Source: Antedon mediterranea
Taxonomy: Eukaryota > Animalia > Echinodermata
NCBI RefSeq assembly: GCF_964355755.1
Contig: NC_092675.1
Location: 9,915,812 to 9,979,811 of the forward strand
Length of the DNA: 64,000 nucleotides
Direction: 5' to 3'
Position 1 is the stretch's first letter, and each line of letters starts with the position of its first letter. The notes beneath the pieces are model-generated. The model ran no database searches. It was not told where the DNA came from and saw only the letters and a list, made by a program, of their open reading frames with translations. A program made the position numbers and the translations under genes. This document shows, piece by piece, positions 54,313-64,000 of the stretch.

Positions 54313-55242
54313 GTAAAAATTCAACTGTTTATAGTTTGATAATTATTTCATGTTTTCCAATTTTTTTACAGAATATTTTAGTAACATTGATAATTAATGT
54401 AAAATAGCATTCTAGTCATTATTTATTTATTTTTTAATATCTATTAACATGATGAGGTCATCAGTATAACGAGTGTTATAAGTATTATGATTTGACAGCT
54501 ATAAACTGATAATGCACACTAAAAGGATTCATACTAGGTATTAATTCGACTCAGTCATGCATATCCAAAATGGACCGATTACACGTTCAGTGGAATTTTA
54601 TTGACCAATGAACATGCAATATGTACTAGTGACAGCCAATTAAATAAGTGCTTTTTTTTTCATTCAATATCGCGAATGTTCTAACAACATGAACTCGTGG
54701 GAGTGGTGATTTAAGGTGTCATTAATAGTAACATTAATGTTTTTAATTTCATTTCCGTGCCATACTATTTCTGACATATATTCTATGCGGAAGATATTAC
54801 ACATAATATAATTAGTGACACGCATTCCTTTACAGTCTTTGATTGCAACATGTTTACATGTTCGGTGGACATAAAATCAATGCTTGTATGTAGCAAATAT
54901 ATAACTTATTCAGGTGGTGCATTTTTTGGCACAAATCTTCAAATTGTTTTCTTAACTTTGCATACAGGATGTTTACTGTTAAACATCACAGCTGTAAGCT
55001 TTTGTAGATTACTACAAATTGGCATTGGTTTGTTTATCAAACCCGTATACAGTCATCATCATTTAGCCGTTTGTACATGTTGTGTCGTACACTGCAATGT
55101 TTTTACCTGTCCTGAATAATATTTATGGATTATTGTCATTGATATGGACGAACATTGAATAACGCGTAGAAAATTGAGTAACTATGAGAAAGGAAGATGT
55201 GATGAAACCAACTAAGTTTGGAGATAGTTGGGTTCCATTTTT

Positions 55243-55665
55243 TTACCTTGGTAAGATCAGAATATATTTTTGACTGAAATGGATGTAGTTGAGTTCTGTT
55301 TTGTTACCTTGGTAAGATCAGAATATATTTTTGACTGAAATGGATGTAGTTGAGTTCTGTTTTGTTACCTTGGTAAGATCAGAATATATTTTTGACTGAA
55401 ATGGATGTAGTTGAGTTCTGTTTTGTTACCTTGGTAAGATCAGAATATATTTTTGACTGAAATGGATGTAGTTGAGTTCTGTTTTGTTACCTTGGTAAGA
55501 TCAGAATATATTTTTGACTGAAATGGATGTTGTTGGGTTCTGTTTTGTTACCTTTTGACTGAAATGGATGAAGTTGGGTTTGGTTTTTTTACCTTAAAGA
55601 TCAGAATATATTTTTGACTGAAATGGATGTAGTTGCGTTCTGTTTTTTGGCCTTGGTAAGATCTG
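55243..55665. repeat. 61-bp tandem repeat, ~7 copies (last ones degenerate)
   Basis: Unit TTACCTTGGTAAGATCAGAATATATTTTTGACTGAAATGGATGTAGTTGAGTTCTGTTTTG. Confidence 0.93.
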
Positions 55666-55739
55666 AATTGTAAGTAATAAAGTCTTCAAATGTAAGGATA
55701 ATTCAACACTAAATTGGAAATCTTAAGTCTATTACGTGC

Positions 55740-55897
55740 CTGCTTACCTGGATAAACCCGACAATAGCCCTTTTCCACGAAGTGCGAAACAAATACGAAA
55801 AGAAGAATTCTACCCGAATTCACCTCATAAAGAATGGTACATTCCGCTCTAGCGCCCTCTCGTGGGACCACTCCCACGTGTTACCGTCATCATTTCT
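55740..55897 (+). repeat. DIRS left ITR
   Basis: 158 bp, exact reverse complement of 61021-61178 by eye. Confidence 0.95.
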
Positions 55898-56300
55898 TTT
55901 CGTACTGTCACGAAGACAAGACGAAGTTTGAGCGTTGCAATACGTCACAAACGAGGGAGAAATACAACCTTATCTGAAGCTAGCCGAGGCTAAGTTGACC
56001 TATTGATATACTATTTATATCTATTAGTATACATTGATTATTGATACGTTGGAAACCGTTGCCCTGTTTGGTTAATCTAACAGGGCAAAAATACCGTTAG
56101 ACTAGAGAACTAGTTGTTGGATACGTTGCAAATCGTTGCCTCGTCTACGCACGAGGCAAAAATTTTTTCACATACCGGGACTGTTCACCGGCTTTGTGTA
56201 GCATTTATTAGAATCAGTCAGGCGTATCCACTGTTACATAGTACGTTAGATACTCTGTTAGGGTGTGTTTGTGTGCTTTGTTTAGGCCTTCTTCGTCATC

Positions 56301-57893
56301 ATGCCAAAACAAGAATGCATCCAGTGCAGGGGCCCACGAGCAACACTTAAGTGGGACCGCCACATGCGGTGCGTTAGCTGCCGCACGTGCAGCCAGTCAG
56401 ATCCGTGCGAAGTTTGCGTACGCTGGACGCCTGCTAAATTCGCATCGCTTCCACGTCCCGCGGGACGTGTTATTGAACAGAAAGCAGTTGCTATCGCACC
56501 TCAGGAGGAAGGCGCAACTGCAATGGACGTTCCGGCTGAGAACGTACCACGCGAGGAGGTGCCTGTTGTACTCGCAGCTCCCGCGCATGAGCCAGAGGCG
56601 GGTTCCGCGCCTGTTCCCGCTGCGGATACTGAGCTATCTCCAGCGGTTATTCAAGCCATCGCGGCAGCGGTGAGGGCTGCTCCACGGGACGAGCCCGCGG
56701 TGTTCCCTCAACCACGCCCTCCATATATTCCATATATTCCGGTGCCTCCACCTCAGACGCCACTGTCGTATTCTGAGGGACCCTCAATGGAGGAGGGATA
56801 CACGAGCGACCGTACTATGCTCACGATCTCCGATGAGGAGAGAGCCGCGCAGTTGCGGAGGCCCGGCGAGGAGGGGCTACAGGCGCTGGTTAATAAGATT
56901 CTTCCGGCGGTATTGGAATATCTAGGCATCGAATACGCTTTTCGCGAACCGAAGCCAACCCCATCTACAAAGCGTTTCTCGACGTTTGGGGTACGTACGC
57001 CTCTCTGTAAGGTTACAACGTGCCCAGTCGTTCCTCTCGACCCGGAGCTGGTCGACCGCGTGGACGCTATCGCGCGCGAGACCAGTACGCGTAGACCGGC
57101 GCCGAACATTCTTTCATGCGCTTTTCCGGTACCTAGAGCTCAATTCGATAGGTACATTGTTGCGCCAGGCGTGCCTGATGCCGCCAAGGACCGGGTTCGG
57201 GAGGACCAAGGATTAGAAGCGGGAAAGACTACTTACCTTGCTCCGACGGCCGCGAAGACAGAAGATACGCTCCTCACGATCGATAGAGCGGCCCGCGAGA
57301 CACTTCGAGTAACATCCGTCTCCGGCTACTTGCTGTCGTTTTTGGCCGATCCGGACCACCCGCGGGAGTTCGATACAGAGGTCATTGCGCTGCTGCAACA
57401 GATCACGGGGCTAATTGCCGACCAGCAGGCGTTTGTATCTTTAACTTCTGCCGCCGCGCGTCGTGTCAACGTACTACAAAGTACTGATATCGCGCCAGCG
57501 CATTATCGCAGGTTCACGGCTTCTGAGTCCCTCGGGGCTAAGGACTTGTTTTTTGGTAGTTTCGCCCAAAAAGAGGACAAATGGGCGCGCGAGAGGGAGG
57601 CCCGTCGGGAAACGCGCGCTCGTTTCCCACAGAAGCGTCGGGCTAGCCGCGGCCGCTCGGGTCCGTCCAGGCCACCTCCCCCTCTCCCAGCTCCGGTACC
57701 GCCGCAGTCGCGACCGCAGCCGTCGAATGTCCCACCGGCGCGGCCTGATACGCAGGCTTCTACATCTCGCGCGCGCACCCCATACGGCAACAACAGCTAC
57801 CGATATGGCCGGACTGCACGAGGCAGGGCCGGACGGTCTGACGCTACCCAAAAAAGTGGTAGGCGTCCGGGTGCGTTTGCGCGCCGCCGGTGA
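56301..57893 (+). CDS. gag: DIRS ORF1, Gag-like protein (530 aa)
   Basis: N-terminal Cys/His cluster CxxC..DRHxxCxxC..C..CxxC typical of DIRS ORF1; basic/Pro-rich C-terminus; first ORF after the left ITR. Confidence 0.85.
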   Translation: MPKQECIQCRGPRATLKWDRHMRCVSCRTCSQSDPCEVCVRWTPAKFASLPRPAGRVIEQKAVAIAPQEEGATAMDVPAENVPREEVPVVLAAPAHEPEAGSAPVPAADTELSPAVIQAIAAAVRAAPRDEPAVFPQPRPPYIPYIPVPPPQTPLSYSEGPSMEEGYTSDRTMLTISDEERAAQLRRPGEEGLQALVNKILPAVLEYLGIEYAFREPKPTPSTKRFSTFGVRTPLCKVTTCPVVPLDPELVDRVDAIARETSTRRPAPNILSCAFPVPRAQFDRYIVAPGVPDAAKDRVREDQGLEAGKTTYLAPTAAKTEDTLLTIDRAARETLRVTSVSGYLLSFLADPDHPREFDTEVIALLQQITGLIADQQAFVSLTSAAARRVNVLQSTDIAPAHYRRFTASESLGAKDLFFGSFAQKEDKWAREREARRETRARFPQKRRASRGRSGPSRPPPPLPAPVPPQSRPQPSNVPPARPDTQASTSRARTPYGNNSYRYGRTARGRAGRSDATQKSGRRPGAFARRR

Positions 57894-59904
57894 CGCGTTC
57901 GATGCGCCCGTCCCCCCGAGCGACGGGCAGGTGGGGGGTCGCCTAAGACGGTTCGCCCGAGTGTGGGAGACCCTGTCGGAGGACAGGTGGGTTCTCTCCA
58001 CAATCAAAAACGGCTATTCCATCGAATTCACGAGCCCCCCGGTGAGCGGGGGCGCTCGGTCGACGAGGATTCCTCCAGAGCCACACATGAGACGTGCGCT
58101 CCTGGACGGCCTCTCCACCCTGCTCCAAAAAGGAGCAGTGGAGGAAATCGACGCTCGATGTACCGTCTCCGGGCACGAGTCCACCGTCTTCTTGACAGAA
58201 AAAAAGACAGGCGACTGGCGACCCATCCTAAATTTAAGGAGTCTAAACTAGCGGTTCATTCACCCCCAGAGGTTTCGGATGGAGACAATCTCATCCATCC
58301 TACTGGGTTTAAAACATGGAGACTGGGCAGCCTCGATAGACCTGAAAGATGCTTACTTTCACGTTCCTATCGCAGAGGCAGATCAACGTTGGCTACGTTT
58401 CAGAATCCTCGACCGTCTGTACCAATTCGTCGCCCTGCCGTTCGGCCTATCGACGGCTCCGCGCGTGTTTACACGCATAGTCAGAACGCTGGCGTCGTTC
58501 TTCCACAAACATGGCATAAGAGTGTTCATGTACCTCGACGATTGGTTGGTCGTGGCCCAGTCCAAGGACAGACTGATGAGCAGTCTACAATATGTCCTTC
58601 TCGTGACGGAACAGGCAGGTTTCATTGTCAATCGGGAGAAGTCGTGCCTGGTGCCGACACAATCTCCGTTATACCTCGGAGCACAGATAAATCTCGTTAC
58701 GGGCTTGGCATCTCCATCCCAACAACGCATCGCGTCTGCAATGAGTGCAGTACGCAATCTAATATCTGCTCATGCTCCGACGGCTTACGAATGGCTCAGA
58801 GCACTGGGTTGTCTGGCCAGTTTCGTTGCCTTAGTTCCGTATTGCCGGCTGCGTATGAGACCTTTACAGCTGCATCTGCTGGCTCATTTCCGACCGCACT
58901 TAGACTCCCTACACAAAGTGGTCCTGTCGAATACATTCATTCAGACGCATCTCGAATGGTGGCTGGTGGAAGGCAGGTTGACTGTGGGAATGCCAATTCA
59001 AAAATCTCTGCCGGACGTCCGTATAGAGACGGACGCTTCCGAGACAGGCTGGGGCGGTTGCTCCAAGGCACTTCGCGCCTCCGGCCTTTGGACGGCCGAG
59101 GAGGCGCGATCCCACATCAACCTCCTAGAACTCTGGGCAGTCGAAAGGACCTTGAAGGCCCTTCGACATCACGTGGCCGGTCGTCACGTCCTTATCCATT
59201 CCGACAACTCAACAGTGGTAGCATATATAAATCGTCAAGGAGGCACGAAGTCCCCGACGTTATGCTACCACCTGTGGACACTGATGTTGTGGTGCATAGA
59301 CAACAACATCATGCTCTCGGCTGCCCACATTGCGGGCAGCCTCAATGTTGTTGCGGACGCTTTGTCCCGACAAACACTATGTCCTACGGAATGGCGCCTT
59401 CTACCCAGCATCGCCGCACTGATATTCGACCACTTCGGGCGGCCTCACATAGATCTGTTTGCGACGTCAGACAACACGCAGCTCCCGACCTTTTGCACAC
59501 GGTTCCGGGATGCACGTGCGTGGGCGGTGGATGCCCTGTCCATACATTGGGACGGACTATGGGCGTATGCATTCCCACCAATATCACTGATTCCAAATGT
59601 TCTGACGCGCATTCAGCGCCATCCTTGCCGGGTCCTCCTGATCGCCCCGGGTTGGGCTCGACAAGCGTGGTATCCACTGCTTCTCGACCTGCTCTACGAT
59701 CATCCCCTGCGTCTTCCAGATCGCGAGGATCTGCTGACGCAGGGCCGAGCTCTGTTCCCATTGCGGAACTTACAATCCCTGCGCCTGATTGTATGGCCAT
59801 TGTCAGGGATCAGCTCCGAGACTCAGGCATTCCAGATGGCCCTGCCGCCCTCGCGGCGAAATCTCGTCGGGAATCTACTCTTACCGTCTACAATAGCCGA
59901 CTAA
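57463..59904 (+). CDS. pol: DIRS reverse transcriptase-RNase H-methyltransferase-like ORF, interrupted by one in-frame TAG at 58249-58251 (true start uncertain)
   Basis: ORFs 57463..58251 and 58279..59904 share a frame: VGGRL..W..GYSIEF..KKTGDWRPILNL, IDLKDAYFH, LPFGLSTAPRVFT, YLDDWL (RT); TDASETGWG, HINLLEL, SDNSTVVAYINRQGG, NVVADALSR (RNase H); IDLFA..YAFPP (MT-like). Confidence 0.93.
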
Positions 59905-60821
59905 AACATTTCTTTACATGGTGCAGGCGACAACAGGTAGAGCCGGGGTCGATCACCCTCGGACAAGTTTGCGCCTTCCTGCATTACCTGTTCGAGTCAG
60001 GTCTTCAGGTCCGCACCATTTCGGGCTATAGATCCGCCATTGGCGCGATCACGCCAACACTTAAAGACGGTTCCTCTATATCGGCATCTCCCGTTATCAC
60101 TCAACTGATACGGGGAATGTTCAGAGAACGACCTCCAGTCAAGGTCTTGATTCCTCGATGGGATGTTAACGTCGTCCTAGCCGCACTTACACGCCCGCCA
60201 TTTGAGCCTATGAGTAAGGCTACTCTGTATAATGTCTCGCTGAAAACGGCGTTCTTGCTTGCTTTAGCATCATGCAAACGCCGAGGCGAGTTGCACGCTC
60301 TCTCCTTGGAACCAGGTCATGTTAGGTTTGAGCGGGCCGGCGTGAGGCTAGTGTTTAGGAAAGATTTCCTTGCCAAGACACAGACGTTAAAATTTTCGCC
60401 GCCTGCTGTGTTCGTTCCCACCATCACATCTTTTTCATCGGCAGACGGAGATAAGCTTTGGTGCCCAGTCAGGGCTCTTAAGTGGTATATCCACCGCACT
60501 AAGACGATTAGAGACGGAGTGTCTCACCTCTTCGTCGCTTCTGTTCCTCCATACCGCGCGGCCGCTAAGGCAACAATAGCGAGATGGGTCGTTGCGACTA
60601 TTAAAGACGCGTACACTTCTTCAGACACACCGCCACCGGCACATATGCACCAAGTGCGCGCGGTTTCCACTTCGTGGGCGTTGTTCTCGGGCGTCCCTGT
60701 AGCTGACATCATGGAAGCGGCGTGGTGGCGAACACAGTCGAAATTCACCTCACACTACCTGTCGGACATCTCCGCTAACGTGGCACCAGTGGCAACGGCG
60801 ATACTAAAGCCTCGACTATAG
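57963..60821 (+). CDS. DIRS tyrosine recombinase ORF (catalytic domain ~59800-60821; N-terminal part overlaps pol)
   Basis: LALASCKRRGELHAL, CPVRALKWY, HQVRAVSTSWA and WRTQSKFTSHY give the R..HxxR..W..Y catalytic set. Confidence 0.92.
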   Translation: MGDPVGGQVGSLHNQKRLFHRIHEPPGERGRSVDEDSSRATHETCAPGRPLHPAPKRSSGGNRRSMYRLRARVHRLLDRKKDRRLATHPKFKESKLAVHSPPEVSDGDNLIHPTGFKTWRLGSLDRPERCLLSRSYRRGRSTLATFQNPRPSVPIRRPAVRPIDGSARVYTHSQNAGVVLPQTWHKSVHVPRRLVGRGPVQGQTDEQSTICPSRDGTGRFHCQSGEVVPGADTISVIPRSTDKSRYGLGISIPTTHRVCNECSTQSNICSCSDGLRMAQSTGLSGQFRCLSSVLPAAYETFTAASAGSFPTALRLPTQSGPVEYIHSDASRMVAGGRQVDCGNANSKISAGRPYRDGRFRDRLGRLLQGTSRLRPLDGRGGAIPHQPPRTLGSRKDLEGPSTSRGRSSRPYPFRQLNSGSIYKSSRRHEVPDVMLPPVDTDVVVHRQQHHALGCPHCGQPQCCCGRFVPTNTMSYGMAPSTQHRRTDIRPLRAASHRSVCDVRQHAAPDLLHTVPGCTCVGGGCPVHTLGRTMGVCIPTNITDSKCSDAHSAPSLPGPPDRPGLGSTSVVSTASRPALRSSPASSRSRGSADAGPSSVPIAELTIPAPDCMAIVRDQLRDSGIPDGPAALAAKSRRESTLTVYNSRLKHFFTWCRRQQVEPGSITLGQVCAFLHYLFESGLQVRTISGYRSAIGAITPTLKDGSSISASPVITQLIRGMFRERPPVKVLIPRWDVNVVLAALTRPPFEPMSKATLYNVSLKTAFLLALASCKRRGELHALSLEPGHVRFERAGVRLVFRKDFLAKTQTLKFSPPAVFVPTITSFSSADGDKLWCPVRALKWYIHRTKTIRDGVSHLFVASVPPYRAAAKATIARWVVATIKDAYTSSDTPPPAHMHQVRAVSTSWALFSGVPVADIMEAAWWRTQSKFTSHYLSDISANVAPVATAILKPRL

Positions 60822-60888
60822 GTATGTATAAGTCAATTTTCTAACTTGTCACCCGCCGCCGACTAGATTCCTAGTCCGGTGCTACACT

Positions 60889-60986
60889 GGCTATTGTCGG
60901 GTTTATCCAGGTAAGCAGGCACGTAATAGACTACACAAACCAGAAATGGTGTTGGTAGTCTATAAGTGCTGCTTACCTGGATAAAC
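60889..60986. other. DIRS internal complementary region (ICR)
   Basis: 60889-60932 is the reverse complement of the left terminus 55726-55769; 60932-60986 is the reverse complement of the right terminus 61161-61215. Confidence 0.95.
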
Positions 60987-61020
60987 ACCCGCCCGCCGTC
61001 CCCTCAGACAAGAGGTCTTG

Positions 61021-61215
61021 AGAAATGATGACGGTAACACGTGGGAGTGGTCCCACGAGAGGGCGCTAGAGCGGAATGTACCATTCTTTATGAGGTGAAT
61101 TCGGGTAGAATTCTTCTTTTCGTATTTGTTTCGCACTTCGTGGAAAAGGGCTATTGTCGGGTTTATCCAGGTAAGCAGCACTTATAGACTACCAACACCA
61201 TTTCTGGTTTGTGTA
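61021..61215 (-). repeat. DIRS right ITR plus right-end extension
   Basis: 61021-61178 inverted copy of the left ITR; 61179-61215 diverged or unique extension matched by the ICR. Confidence 0.93.
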
Positions 61216-62125
61216 ATTAAAGTGCTTTTAGTAGTTAAGGCTAAGGATCACATGATCAAATTGCTTAGCAACGAAATATAGGAATATATTGTGTGTATAA
61301 GTGTTTCTATCATTTTTTAGATTAAATTTACATTTAAGTTATAATTAATTAGTTTAATTTAAATTTTATATTAATAAATTTATTTGTAATTAATGTCAGT
61401 ATTTGTACATTACTTCAGTCTAACATTCTGAACTTGGTGCATGGCGAGAGTGATGATACATTCAGACCTTTTATGTGAAATATATTAATCTTATTATCAC
61501 TTGCAAAGTTGATTCAATTTCAACATCACGCACTGTGACTATAAATACAGAATATTTAGTATACTAATTTTTCACTAATGTATTGTACATTATGCATACT
61601 CGGGATGTGTTATTCAATCTGTCATTCATATTATTATTAGTAGATTTAGGAGGGTATGTACAGGTATGATATTATTATTATTATACATATTGTACAAATT
61701 GTTAATGTGTTCAGGTAATTGTATTTATATAACAAAATAATTTCATATTGAATCATTATGAATGAAGTACCACATACTCCGTAAACTAATTCTAATTTTA
61801 TTATATTTTATTTATAGATTTTACTTTATTATGTATATTAATCAAGAGGCTACCCCATATAAATAAATAATACAAAAATAATAAATAATTTTATTTTAAT
61901 TTAAAAAAAAATTAATTTGAGAAATATACAATTATATAATTGCTTGAAATATCTTTTCATTTTTTGAATAACTTCATGAAATTAAAGATCTAATAAATAT
62001 TTTCTTTTTTTACGATGTAGTATTTAATTTCATATTTCCCATGTTTGAAAGTTTTAATTAATTTAGATAGTACAGTAATAGAATATTGATATATATATAT
62101 ATGCATTTGCTAATACATTTTACAG

Positions 62126-62221
62126 TTAAGTCTCGTCCTCAACAAGGTCCTCCAAGACGTTCATCAAATCCGAGTGTGAACCGTTCGCAGCAAGCTGTTG
62201 GGAAAGTGGCACTGATTAGTG
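62126..62221 (+). CDS. Host gene exon
   Basis: tttacag|TT AAG...AGT G|gtgaga; 96 bp, phase 1-1; VKSRPQQGPPRRSSNPSVNRSQQAVGKVALIS. Confidence 0.75.
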
Positions 62222-64000
62222 GTGAGACCCATGTTTGCCGTTACAATGTGTTAACTTGCCTTGAATTAATGCAGTGCATGCAACAAACACAAATATTAAT
62301 CAAAAATAATACAAAATTGCAAAATACAGTCAACTCTCTCGATATTGGACCCTGTGGGGCTTGCCCAAAATGCATGAATGAATGGCAGGTTTTCTAAATA
62401 GAATTTTAATAGTACAGTAAAGGCAATCTAACAACAAGATGCTAAGCTCCAGGGATCAAATGGTTTATCTGTGGCTGCAACACAATCAGTTCCACGCCCC
62501 TTAAAAGACACCTCGCCATTCGGAGAATAATGTACATAGTAGTGTACTGTTGGTATTTGTCGAAGCCAGATTTGTTTTAATGGAAAAAATTATGTTGGTA
62601 CCTTTTAGACTGCAAGAAAAGTCTGATTTTGAGTTTCTGGTTTTCAGGACATTTTCAGTAGTATTTCACTATTGTATATTTGGGTCATTCTTCAGTGTCT
62701 AAAATCGTGTCCCGATACTTTGGTGGGATGGAGACTGAAAATTCCTCATTAAAAAATAAAAATTCTTGACTTAAATCATAATCAACATTATTGTAAATAT
62801 AATTAATTACATAAAACAAAGATAATTACATTGATATTGTTAATTTTTATAAAATGTTTCAGGCAACCCCCTAAAATCCTATGTCCCGATCGTACATCTT
62901 CAATTTTATGATCGCCGTATATATTTGATAACAGGACTTTTGTTATCGAAAATATTGTAAAAAGTTAGTTAATCATGATTTCATGCGATTATATTCTTCG
63001 AAATACATCTCTACATACATTAAATCTCAAACTTTAAAGTTTTTGTTTGGAAAAAGCTTGTCCCGCAGTTTTGTGTCATTTCCGTCACATAATTTAAATG
63101 TGCCGTCTACAGTTTAATGAATGGCGGGGAAAAAAATTTACTGTGCGTTGTAAACATACGAAGATATTGAAATAAAACTAGCCGCACATCATTTTCAATA
63201 AAAGAGGAAAAAAGCTAATAAAACGAGGTTTTAGAAAAATTACAGTTGCGTACCTTTATTGAATGTCATATCCGAACGGTATAGAACTCATTAAATAATT
63301 ATAATTTCTGGTTTTTTTCAACTGGAAGTACAAGTTATTCATGGTATCCAGAAGTATGCAATCCGTCTCCGCTGTCAGACATGCCTACGATGTGATCCTA
63401 GGCTGTCCAATGTTAAATACATCATCTCTGTCACGGTCAGCTCCGTCACATTTCCCAATGTTTCGTTGTGACGGAGATGACGGCCCATGACGGATATGAC
63501 TTTTTGTTATTGCCAGGGCCTTTTTTTGTTTTATTATGTTATTACATTGTATATCTATGTGACTATGGTCAATAAACATAATCAAATCATATCTTAAAAT
63601 CATCTCGGTCACATGATTTTTTAAGTTCGTCATATCCGTCACGGTTTCATCTCCGTCACATGGATATTTTATCCTTTTAAATCCTAAGATATTTAAGTAA
63701 TGAACGCAATTATGTGGTATATTGAAATATAAACAATATTCTTCTACTATGTCAATGGATAGTAATATTAGTTCAACAGAATTTTGTAAAACATCAGTGA
63801 CAGTCATACTATTTTCTGAAAATTATTATTTTTTGGAATAGTAAATGGTTTTGAACGTATAACATCATACTAATAAATGTTAAAACAATCAATTTTTTGA
63901 TGAATAGAGACAAAAATAATATATAGTATCAAAGAATTAATAATGGAAATAATTTTATAATTCCTAAACCGTTATTTTTTCTATCTTTGTATATTCCATA

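Larger units (their letters stand above)
55724..61216 (+). mobile_element. Full-length DIRS1-type tyrosine-recombinase retrotransposon
   Basis: Inverted terminal repeats, right-end extension, internal complementary region, gag / RT-RH-MT / YR ORFs, TAA at both boundaries, sharp GC rise over the flanks. Confidence 0.96.

Noticed and set aside
55243-55665. Link between the 61-bp array (TTACCTTGGTAAG) and the DIRS ITR motif CTTACCTGG 60 bp away
   Set aside because: Similarity is under 10 bp and the array lies outside the ICR-defined element ends; chance is sufficient.
57845-57858. CCCAAAAAAG as a gag-pol frameshift site
   Set aside because: pol is in the +1 frame relative to gag and the run is not phased as a -1 slippery heptamer; no further support.

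Overview
AT-rich, intron-rich animal (probably marine invertebrate) genomic DNA. It carries nine frame-compatible + strand exons (23841-62221) of a gene encoding an N-terminal PDZ domain followed by Pro/Ser/Thr-rich segments, most like the Zasp/ALP/Enigma (PDLIM/LDB3) family; the first PDZ exon and the 3' end lie outside the window. The introns hold: (1) a full-length, apparently young DIRS1-type tyrosine-recombinase retrotransposon (55724-61216) with identical inverted terminal repeats, an internal complementary region, and gag, RT-RNaseH-methyltransferase-like and YR ORFs, the RT frame being broken by one in-frame TAG; (2) an 11-kb array of seven non-autonomous Helitron/Helentron-like units (38531-49539), partly nested in one another; (3) a 5.3-kb 56-bp satellite whose unit contains the terminus of the adjacent TTAA-flanked MITE; (4) several Harbinger-, Kolobok- and AcademH-like MITEs, tRNA-derived SINEs and short tandem arrays. 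Comparing paralogous repeat copies shows TA->TACAGTA and TA->TAGGCCTA insertions that look like transposon excision footprints. All coordinates were read by eye, and family assignments rest on remembered diagnostic motifs, not database searches.
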